A stretch of DNA of 64,000 nt from Eledone cirrhosa (Eukaryota). The notes beneath the pieces were generated by a model. That model was given only the letters and a program-made list of their open reading frames with translations, searched no databases and had not been told where the DNA came from. The stretch is from assembly GCA_964016885.1 (NCBI GenBank), contig OZ024740.1, positions 330,336,001 to 330,400,000 on the forward strand. The letters run 5' to 3'. Positions 53,988-64,000 of the stretch are shown piece by piece; positions within the stretch are counted from its first letter, which is position 1, and every line of letters begins with the position of its first letter. The translations under genes and the position numbers were made by a program.

Positions 53988-54467
53988 TATTGTATTTGTG
54001 ATCAAAAGCGTGCATAAACTGGCTCAATTTGTCTTATGTTAGTATCAATTAACTAATTATTTAAGTGATGGTCACTTCTATCAAAATTAATAGTAATATA
54101 CAATCGATGAAATAATTATAATGTGGGTAGTAATAATATATACGTAAGTAAATTTCACTAAAATATTCTATGTCCCTTTTATCATTTAGCAAATATTAAA
54201 TGACAAGTTTTATGTATATATCTAACTTGAAAGTTGGTATTTCTTTTATAAGAAATGAATAGCAAAAATACATATTGCAGTACTTTCCTATAGTTCGGTT
54301 CAATCTTTTGATTATTTGCAAACATCAAACAATTTGTCACTGATAATTTTTCTTTTACGAAGGTGAATTGTTGAAATGCCAATGGGGCATCCTTGTATTG
54401 ATAGTTATGCCAATACCAGATTCTTTGAAGACCGTGTTTAGATATTGAAAGTTGAACACACTATAAT

Positions 54468-54604
54468 ATCTTCTTCTTCTTCTCCTTCTTCTTCTTCTTC
54501 TTCTTCTTCTTCTTCTTCTTCTTCTTCTTCTTCTTCTTCTTCTTCTTCTTCTTCTTCTTCTTCTTCTTCTTCTTCTTCTTCTTCTTCTTCTTCTTCTTCT
54601 TCTT
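54468..54604. repeat. (TTC)n microsatellite
   Basis: Direct reading. Confidence 0.97.
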
Positions 54605-55225
54605 TCTGAAGAGCATTGGGCAGTGAAGGTTCTAAATACGCAACATTCATAAACGTCCCTGCTCCTATACACTATTTATGTCTGAAAGTCCTTTCTCCAT
54701 CCAATCAAATCTTGCTGGACTTGCGTTGCCTTCCACAAACCCAAATGTTTTCGAATGGAAAACATTTGGGTTTGTGGAAGGCAACGCAAGTCCAGCAAGA
54801 TTTTATTGGATGGAAAAAGGACTTTCAGACATGAATACATTCGTGAAGTCGGCACAAGAAGAGATTATAAAAATCATCCTGAAACAACTTCAATGGAGAA
54901 CGGGTGTCGTTCTCAAATCAAGTGTCGTTGAGATATCCAAACGAAATGTTGTAACATACATGATGGAGGAGTTGCATCATACAAGCTTCCATCACTGGAG
55001 GACATGTGGACGTTTGGAAAGTCTAATCACCACGTTAGAACTGCTGAGACAAAACTATGCATTAACGTGTAGGTGGTATAAAAACGAGCTATATTGTCGG
55101 CGAAGATAAGATATGTAAGCATTTTCTTACCCCTTTTTATGCCGAATTCTAGATCCATCAGCGAATATCTCATGCTGCATTCACCCAAATAGATAAGCAT
55201 GATATATATATATATATATATATAT

Positions 55226-56230
55226 ATACTAACATTAAAGCCCGGCATTGCTCGGGGTCATGAAGTTACAAAAGTTAGGTTGCACTACCCATTTTATGGC
55301 ACCACGTTTTTGTCTGCCAGGCACTGGGTGAATGAATTGCAGACCTGGAAGCATGAGCTGCGCCAGTAGTGACAATTGTAGTTAAGCCTATGGATATTAT
55401 CTCTGTGCAAAAAATTGTTGAAATTTATTTGTTCACAGTACTTGCGCAACACGCGCGTAGACGATGCCAGCCGAACAACAGAGCTGCGATGGAGTTGTTC
55501 TGCATGGTTGTCTGTGTGTTTTCTAAATTTAAGACAGTAGGGAGGGTTGTGATATGAGGGAGAGTTAGCTGTTGCTTCTAGCAGGTTTAGTGACCTCATA
55601 GAGGATATGTGTTTTCTAAATTTAAGACAGTAGGGAGTGGTGTGATATGGGGGAGAGTTAGCTGCTGTTTCTTGCAGGTTTAGTGACCTCATAGAAGATA
55701 TGTTTTCTAAATTTAAGACAGTAGGGAGGGGTGTGATATGGGGGAGAGTTAACTGCTGTTTCTAGCAGGTTTAGTAACCTCATAGAGGATATGTGTTTTC
55801 TAAATTTAAGACAGTAGGGAGTGGTGTGAGGAGGAGTGTGATATGGGGGAGAGTTGGCTGCTGTTTCTAGCAGGTTTAGTAACCTCATAGAGGATATGTG
55901 TTTTCTAAATTTAAGACAGTAGGAAGTGGTGTGAACGGACAGTATCACCATCAAGCTTGGAAAGAGAAAGTAGCAGGAAGTATGAAGTTGTATAGATTTT
56001 GAATGGTAGTAGAAAGAGTTCAGCAGTTTAAATGAGAGAGAAAAATCGTAAAATATTGACTTTTATCTATTTTTTGCGTAATTGTGGGTGAAATTGAAAA
56101 AAATTATCTGCGTCAAGACGCAATCGAAACTATTTCGAATACTGAATTGTATATTTCAATTGAAGAAATTCTATATCGTAGATTTCTATAACAAAGGAGC
56201 ATGACTACACACTGAGCTTTATAGATTATG
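55226..56230. mobile_element. Helentron/HINE-like non-autonomous element
   Basis: Terminus ACTAAC..CCCGGCATTGCTCGGG hairpin (55241-55256), other end ..CTTTATAGATTAT. Inserted in (TA)n and carries an internal minisatellite. Confidence 0.6.
55515..55935. repeat. ~93 bp minisatellite, about 4.4 copies
   Basis: Unit TGTGTTTTCTAAATTTAAGACAGTAGGGAG...GGTTTAGTGACCTCATAGAGGATA. Confidence 0.95.
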
Positions 56231-56307
56231 ATATATATATATATATTTATATATATATATATGTATATATATACGTATATGTGTGTGTATATATATATAT
56301 ATATATT

Positions 56308-56670
56308 TTAGGGCGGGTAAAATTCCCGAGATCCATGGACGAGTTCTCTCCAGCGATCTCTGTGCCTCATTATCGCTGCCATGTCCTGCGTCTCCAACAA
56401 ACCATTGTTTGTCCTTAGGGCATCAACATACGTTAACCTTGGTTTTCCTCTTCCAGTGTGTCCATGTAGGGGCTCCCACAGAAGCACTGAGTGCAATGTC
56501 AACTCTGGATGCCGGTGAGCATGTCCAGCTAACCTCAGTCTCTTCTGTGTAACTTTTGAGCTGACTTCTGAGGCTCCCATACGGCTCTGAGTTTTTTCCT
56601 CCTTCAGTGTATACTGATTAATGTTCAGAGCCATCCTCACCATTCTCGTGTAGCACCCATCCACCATCTG
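56308..56670 (-). mobile_element. RTE-clade LINE 3' fragment
   Basis: RLRLAGHAHRHPE...LLWEP.HG..GRGKP..TYVD.L...D....M..RD.WR is a typical RTE ORF C-terminus. Confidence 0.8.
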
Positions 56671-56828
56671 AGTGAGTTTCTTGGGGTGGTGGGCGTGCGT
56701 GAGTGGGTGTCAGTGTGTGTATGCTTGTGAGTGAGAGTGTTTGTGTATATATGCGTGTGTGTATCTGTGTATGTGTGAGTGTGCCCCTGTATGTGTGAGT
56801 GTGTGAGTGTTTGAATATATATATAAAA

Positions 56829-57214
56829 TAAAATAAGTAAGTCAAACATGTTAAATTTGCCTTCGTTATTATAATTCTCTGCTATATGTATTTCAATGAC
56901 AGCTATTATTGGCAGTACGAATTAATGTAGAAAAAACAGGTAAACATGGTGTTGAAATGTGTTCCACTGTCAATTCATCGATATGTCCAGCTCCTGCGTG
57001 TGTTGTTACTCCTCCTTGGAACTGGAATCCATTCTGGACATATCGATGAATTGACAGAGTGGAACACATTTCAACATCAAGTTTACCTGTTTTTTCTACA
57101 CTAATTCGTACTCCCTGATAGGGTCATAGCCAATAATAGCTGTCACTGAAATATATATAGCGGAGAATTATAATAAACAAAGCCAAATTTAATATGTTAG
57201 ACTTACTTATTTTA
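56829..57214. repeat. ~385 bp fold-back palindrome
   Basis: 56829-56990 is the reverse complement of 57034-57214 (right arm has about 17 extra nt), with a 43 bp loop. Confidence 0.92.
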
Positions 57215-57224
57215 CGTTACTGCG

Positions 57225-59829
57225 GAGTAAACAAACCAACAAAAATTCACCAAAACACAAAAGACAACTGCCACTCTGATCACCAGGGCAAGCAACCTCT
57301 CTCACTTTCCCCACTCCTCAGTCTGCAGGGCTATACTCAGAGCGGGCCGGTTCACTCGAACCAGACTCGTTATTTTCACCCACCTTTCAACAAACTTACT
57401 AGAAGACAGCACTTGCCTCTCCACTCTGATTCTCTCTCCAAGCTTGAAAAAGTTAATCAGGAATTGGACGAAGAGGAAAGTGTTCGTCGTCAACCCTTTC
57501 AACCTTGTCCACCGCACAATCTCTTTCGCCATGGTCACCAGGCAGATGAAAACTGCCTGCTCATCCTCCTCTTTAAAGGAGGATGGCCTGGTTATCTGCA
57601 CAATGGACTCAGTCGATAACCGGATCCGTCCTACACGCGATAACAGCTGTTCGACATAGATCCACAAGTCATCATTCCTCGGGCACTGAACGAGTACGTG
57701 CAGGACGGTTTCGTCGGGCTGCGCGCATCTCCGACAGGCTCGGCTGACAGCACCTCCGTGCCTGTAAGGCTTATCCCGAACCGTCAACGCTCCCCGGCAG
57801 CACTGCCAGGCCAGGAATTTCTAGAAGTTGTCCATAGGCCCCACGCTGAAAATTATCTTGAAGAGAGCGAACAGCTGATCGTCTTCGACGCCCATGGTCT
57901 CCCCGAGAACGTCGTCACTCTTCCCCTCCACTAGTCCTCTATAGAACGCCGGAATATTTGCTACTACCACCGAGATCTGCACCCGCGGTCGGCTTCACCC
58001 GGGCTCGCGCTGTTGCTGTTGGGTGCGTGTGTTTTGTTGTGTTTGCGATGTTGGTGTTTTTGGTGATGCTGGTGGTGGTGTGGTTGTTGTTGGTGGTGAT
58101 GCTTGTGGTGGTGATGGTGATGGTGGTGGTGTTGCTGCAAGTCTCCTTGCAGCCTTTACCCTTCTTTGTCTGCCTTCGCTTTTGGAGAGTGAAGCTAAGG
58201 GGTTTTTCGATTTTTTTTTTTGTGGAAGACGGTTTGCTACTTCACTCTCGCCTCAACTTCCATGTCGGACCCTGCGGCGTCCGGGAGGGGCATCAGCTCC
58301 ACTGCTGTAGGTGGTGGTAGTGGAGCCTGCTCCAGCAACTGTTGGTGTTGACGCTGCTTTAGTTGTCCGTGGCCGTAGTATGGGTGCCACGGACGTTGCC
58401 CCCCTACTCACCATGGAAGGGTCTTCTGCCTCTGTTGTCTGCCATGTTCTTGGTAGCAGCGCATCAGGCGTCGGAAGGAGGGGCCCCTCTTCTTGGCTGT
58501 CTTCTGCGAGCAGAAGGCCCTGAGTTGACCCTTCTACCCACAGAGATAGCACTTTGGGTGCCTTCCGTCCACGCTTATACGGAGTAGGAGCCCTTCTTCG
58601 AGGTCTATGATGTCTGGGAATGCCTCGATGCACTCCTGGTCAGTCTGTATTAGCATGTGCATGCCTATTCCTAACCAGTTCTCCCTTCCCATTGTCTGTA
58701 TTTGCAGTATGGTGGTCTTCTCCTCTATTCCAACCAGCTCAGACGCGGCCAGCCAAGATATGGGCACGTCGGGCGGGACCTGGGTCACTTTGACCCTCAC
58801 AATTTTCTGCCCACAGTAGGGGGGCACCAATCCTATCTCCTCGCTCTTTAGGGTTTCCAAAGAGTAAGACTTCGCGTCTTGGGGGGTGGCGAAAATTACT
58901 TGTACTGTGGCGTACTTTTTGCCTCGGGTGATGTGGGTTTTGCGCGCTCAGAAAGCACCCCAAGGCCTTTTGGATTTAAGCCTCCGTGGCTCTCTCCACC
59001 CCATGTGACATGTTGCTTACGGTGCAGTAAGTCACCGTGCGCAGTTGCTGGTATTTGAATAAAACGGTGGAGGATTCAGAGATACTCTGTTGTTGTTTCT
59101 CGACACCATGGTTTTTGCGACTGCCATCTCCTCCTCCGTGACTAGCACTGTTTCTATATTTCGGACCACACCTGCGAAAGAAGTGGCCCCTTTTTCAGCG
59201 GGACCATTATTGCTGCCGTTCCTGGTCTTGATGTTGGTGCTGTTGCTAGTGCTACAAACGGTGTTGTTGGTGTTGTTGCTGTTATCACTGTTGTATTTTT
59301 TTGTGTTTTTGGTGCCACCGTTGTTGTAATTTTCGGTGCAATTTGTATTGTTGCTGTTGGTGTTGTCGTTGTTTATTTTCGTGTTAGTGGTGTTAATATC
59401 GTTGTTGCATTTGTTGTCATTTGTTTCTGTTGTCTGTATTTTGGTTGACGCTGTTATTGTTGTATTTTGTGTGGTAATGTTTTCAAAATTAGTGTTCTCA
59501 GTGTTGTCTTTGTTCACGTTGTTTGTGGTGGTGTCTGTTGTAACACTATTTGTAACCCTCCTCTCAACTTTTACGCCGTTGTCAAACGACAGCAGACATA
59601 TTGCTGGGTGCGTGGCTCAGCCATGTTTTTTTTTATTTCAAAAGTAAACTGTTCAAATATTGTTCAAATATTTGGGCCAAAGGGCCCAAATATTATACTT
59701 TCCCCTTCACAGGGCAAAGCCCAAGGGCTTATATGCCTTGCACAACAAGAAACATTTAACAAAAATAATTATAACAGGTACATAAAGCGACTTACTGGGA
59801 GCGAACAAAAAGGACGTCCGAACAGATCA
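57225..59829 (-). mobile_element. Tx1-clade LINE, copy E (large internal deletion)
   Basis: 5' end follows (TTA)n on its strand and is homologous to the copy C 5' end. ORF1 with CYLCG knuckle, junction near 57955 to the ORF2 C-terminus (57302-57787), 3' tail missing. Confidence 0.9.
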
Positions 59830-60020
59830 ATAATAAAAATAATAATAATGATTTCTTTATTGGCCACAAGGGCTGACATTAAGAAAAACATAACAGACAG
59901 CACAGGACGGTATGATGTGGGTTTTGTACGTGTAAAGATTTTTATTATTTATATAAGAAAAGAAAAAGAGAAAAGACATAGACACATATATATATGTAAA
60001 CAATAAAAATGAAAATTGAA
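59830..60020 (-). mobile_element. Tx1-clade 3' UTR-only copy F
   Basis: Reverse complement matches 11540-11720 and is bounded by (TAA)n. Confidence 0.88.
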
Positions 60021-60041
60021 AATAATAATAATAATAATAAA

Positions 60042-60240
60042 AGCTACTATGGGATTTCAGGATACAGAGAGATAAGAAATTAGAACACAATAGGCCGGAC
60101 TTGGTGGTTTTTTACAAGGAAAAATATCGTCCCAGATTGCATATGTAGCCTGTCCCTTTGGCACGAGAGTGCAAGAAAAGGAGAAGGTGAAAATTAACCG
60201 ATATTACGATTTAAAGAGGGAATTAAAAAGGTCGTCCAGC
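60042..60240 (+). mobile_element. R4/Dong RLE-domain fragment (same family as copies 1-3)
   Basis: LLWDFRIQRDKKLEHNRPDLVV...ACPFGTRVQEKEK. (TAA)n on both sides. Confidence 0.85.
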
Positions 60241-60260
60241 ATAATAATAATAATTATAAT

Positions 60261-63200
60261 TGTATCTCAATTTTTCCCAAAATGTTTAGTTCAAATATTA
60301 AATTAGGATAGCAACATGTATATTAAATATAAGTAAAGAACCACAAAGCTACTGAACAGAACAAAGAAAACAACTAATAAAAATATCATATCAAACAAAT
60401 ACAACACAACATTGTAATGGCTACAAAATTTAGAAAAAACCAACAGAACAATAACGCCATCACTACAGTACCACTACCCCATCACCACCGCCAACACTAC
60501 TCCATCGCCCCCGTCATTCCATCATTGCTAACGCCACTATTCCCCCACCGCCTTCTGATAACTTAAGAAAAGACGACACAAAATTTGCTGAGGAGAGGGA
60601 AGGTAGCAATAACACTAGACAAGACTAGAAAAGAAGAATCTTCAAAATATAAATAGACTGACTTTGTGACCCGATCGGTTAAGGATAAAATGCAACAAAA
60701 TAAATCCAATGTCAAATGGTAAAAACTCATACCCTATCGGCCGTCACCCGGGTCAACAAGAGTCGTGTCCCTCAGAGAGGAACCAGACTGGGGCCAAAAA
60801 ATCAGCTAATAGTTCAAACCCTCCTATCAATTCAGAGTTGGGGACCTCCCATAACCGGAATATTTCCACTGATGGCCCTCCATGCTCACCACCAAGAAAT
60901 CCAAAGAAAAAGAGAGTAAATGGTCAAGGGAAGACAATAAAGAAGTCCTTCAGGCTTTCTACACTGCCATATACTGTCCATCAAATAGATCGAATACAGA
61001 AAAATCATATATTTACTGGAAAAAGAAACATCCTGAAAACAGAGATTATATTGATAGTAACAAACTAGCTAATATACGAAGAAACATTGTAAGAAGAAGT
61101 TATTAACTGACATAGAAATTGATCAGATCAAGCAATTAGCGCAAGGCCATGGAAGAGGGAGAATGAAACATGTGTCAGTGAAAAAGAAGTAAATTCTAAC
61201 ACCTTAAATCCCAGGGCCGGGCCGGAATCACTGATAGCAGAACAAATTAACGAAAGGATCGAAAATGTGGAAGGAGTTGCGTGTTCAAGAGGAAACCCAA
61301 AATGAAAACAATGAGGAGATCATCAATGATATAGAAATGAATATGAATGAACTCGCCAACTTGAAGAATAATATTATGATCGAATGGATGAAAATAAAAG
61401 AATCTGACATCGGGGAACGAGACACTCTCCCTAAGATCCAGAATTCCAAACAAAAGCAGAGGATAATATGCAAGACACCCATAGCTCTCACCGCGAATAA
61501 GCTAAACATTACTGATCTAAATCATCTCTTCTATGCATCGGCTAAAGCCACTACCCACTTATGTGGAGTGAAACATGGAGAAACAAAAGGATTTCCACAA
61601 CACACCTATTTTGTAAAAGAACTTCAATCGACAAAAAATCACTGGAAGCTGGAGAAGTTAATATTAATTGTCGAATTTTTCAGGGTGACTCATTATCATC
61701 GCCTTATTCTGCATCGCACTCATACCATTAAGTAAAATACTCAATGAAACAAAATATAGATATAAAGTCGATGACAAAACACTTAATCACTTGTTCTACA
61801 TGGATGACCTGAAACTATTTGTAAAAAGTTATGAGCAATTGCAGGGCTATCAACCACTGTGAAACAATTCAGTTATGATATTAAGATGGAGTTTGGACTA
61901 GATAAATGCGCCAAAGCTACGTTTAGCAGAAGAAAGCTGCTGAGAAGTTCTAACATTAATCTTGATGATCGGGTGAATGTGATAAGAGAACTTGATCAAG
62001 AAGAAACTTATAAACATCTAGGTGTGTATGAAGGAGACGGAATCAAGCACACGATAATAAGGGAAAGGATAAGGAAGGATATTTACCGCAGATTAAAGGC
62101 AATCTTAAGAACGGAGTTGAATGCAAGGAATAGGATTGATGCCATAAACACACTGACCATACCAGTACTAACTTACAGTTTCAATGTCATCAACTGGTCA
62201 AGTATAGAGATCCGTAGACTTGATACGAACATTAGAACATTCTTAACCATGCACAGAATGCATCACCCTAAGACAGATACAGTTTGAATATATCTCCCTA
62301 GGAAAGAAGGAGGTCGTGGATTAATCCAGTTAGATATTTCTTTGAAAACTGCAACAGTTGGATTATCTACATATCTAAGGGAAACACGTGATTGGATGAT
62401 CAAACTCGTTTTGAAACATGAAAGCTTCAAAAGATCATACTCCATTACAAAAGATGCTCATAGATACAGAAATCAACTACACATCTCAAAAGTTCCCTTT
62501 ACGGCTGAAATCAAAAATAGAGAAAAAGCAAAGCAGGTAAAAGTAACTGCAAAGAAAGAACTGCTACAGAACCTGACTAAGAAATTACAAGAAAAGCCTA
62601 TGTATGGAAAATACCCAGAAAGAGCTAATAATCCTGAAGTTGACAAAACTTAACCCATCAGTGGTTGGCATGCTCTAGACTGAAATCGGAGACTGAAGAT
62701 CAGTGTCTGCCAATAAACAAATATCAAGACAACATCATAAAAAAAAAGATGTAAGACATTATGCCAAGTATGTAAAAATCAACCAGAAACCATTGTAAAT
62801 ATAATTTCAATGTGCAGTCCTATAACTCCAACTGAATACCTACACAGGCACGACAGAGCTGGACAATACATACATTGGGTAATGTGTAAGCATTTTGTTT
62901 TGCCGCACCAAAAGAAATAGTGGGAGCATCAAGCAACTCCCGTACTTGAAAAAGGTCACATCTCAATTTGGTGGAACATTATCATCCAAACAGACCGTAA
63001 AATAGATGCAAATAGACCTGATATAATAATGAAGGACTTGCAAAAGAGGGTATGCCAGCTAATTGATATGTCCCTTCCTACAGACAAGAATGTATCTATA
63101 AAAACATTTGAAAAAGTGAGCAAGTATAAAGATAGAAATTGGAAAAATGTGGAAGTTGAGAACTAAAACAACACCAGTGGTTGTAGGCACGCTAGGAATG

Positions 63201-63425
63201 ATACCTATCCCGAATCCCAGGAAAACCGCGTATAGAAGAAATACAAAGGATATGATTAATAGGAACTGCCGATATACTAAGGAAGATTCTGTTAATATAA
63301 ATACATCGCACGTCTAAACCCATAGAGATACATGTGTGTGTGTGTATGTGTTCTTTCCTGAACACGGTGATGTCACTGGTGTTGTCTTGGTGATAACTCG
63401 TATGGACATAAATCAATATAAATGA
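60261..63425 (+). mobile_element. second R4/Dong-clade family, internally deleted
   Basis: N-terminus KWSREDNKEVL, FQGDSLS near 61679, HLFYMDDLKLF near 61790, FGLDKC, YKHLG, LPRKEGGRGL, CQVC..ETI..IISMC, RHD, NRPDII..LID. Stop at 63300, and the first half of RT is deleted near 61630. Confidence 0.88.
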
Positions 63426-63426
63426 A

Positions 63427-63527
63427 AGAAGAAGAAGAAGAAGAAGAAGAAGAAGAAGAAGAAGAAGAAGAAGAAGAAGAAGAAGAAGAAGAAGAAGAAG
63501 AAGAAGAAGAAGAAGAAGAAGAAGAAG
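63427..63527. repeat. (GAA)n microsatellite
   Basis: Direct reading. Confidence 0.97.
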
Positions 63528-63573
63528 CGAAATAGCAAATATTATCAATATAACATCTTCATTTTACTTCATA

Positions 63574-63658
63574 TGTGGCGCGTGTTTCGCAATCGATTAG
63601 CTCAATTCACGACCAGTAGTGTTGGGGCATGACACTGGAATCGATAGCTCATCAGACC
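63574..63658 (-). ncRNA. hammerhead ribozyme motif, probably inactivated
   Basis: Reverse complement GGT-CTGATGA-GCTATCGATT...AATCGATTGC-GAAAC-ACGC-GCC-ACA. The cleavage triplet is GCC instead of GUC. Same architecture as 53820-53904. Confidence 0.6.
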
Positions 63659-63762
63659 TGTGGATTCACGGGAATATATATATATGTGTGTGTATGTGTT
63701 TGGTGTATGTGTATGTTTGTACAGTTTGATGGAGAGATAGATAGATTGGTACACACACACAC

Positions 63763-63828
<66 letters not shown>

Positions 63829-64000
63829 CACACACACGCACACACATACAAACACAAACACACACACCTATATATATATATTTATATAGATATAGATTTA
63901 GATATATTCTCATTTTAAACAAAATTATCCAGTCTATATAATAATCTTTATAATTTTATTGTTTGATTCGCCAGTATGAAATATCCAATTTATGTTAACA

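Noticed and set aside
54355-54672. Poly-R/poly-E ORFs (also poly-L ORFs at 17924 and 63192)
   Set aside because: Translations of (TTC)n, (TTA)n and (GAA)n repeats.
55515-55935. CRISPR-like appearance of the recurring TGTGTTTTCTAAATTTAAGACAGTAGG
   Set aside because: The intervening sequences are also near-identical, there are no cas genes and the context is eukaryotic. It is a minisatellite.
57111-57165. Active hammerhead in the 56829-57214 palindrome
   Set aside because: The core reads CTGATAG and stem I is out of register. Kept only as a decayed motif, and the same applies to 33430-33470 (TTGAAAA).

Overview
Eukaryotic, repeat-dense, non-genic window with no intact host protein-coding gene that I can support. 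The SINE and microsatellite content resembles a cephalopod (octopus-like) genome, which is an inference from recalled repeat families. Two clusters of decayed non-LTR retrotransposons (about 3.5-30.2 kb and 57.2-63.4 kb) are built from Tx1/L1-clade elements (ORF1 with CCHC knuckle; ORF2 APE-RT) and R4/Dong-clade elements (single ORF RT-CCHC-RLE). Nearly all junctions are (TTA)n/(TAA)n microsatellite, and the two clades always lie on opposite strands. The Tx1 elements and a tRNA-derived SINE share a 3'-terminal stem-loop with a CUUGU loop and compensatory stem changes. The middle holds a degenerate tRNA-Ala array with a three-gene higher-order repeat, split by about 6.3 kb of (TA)n and Penelope debris. 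The right half has several minimal type-I hammerhead ribozyme motifs, four sites of which are in fold-back palindromes next to (TA)n, plus Helentron-like elements, SINEs, an RTE fragment and a 200-N gap. Most ORF-track calls in (TA)n, (TTA)n and (GAA)n are artefacts. All coordinates and pairings were read by eye.
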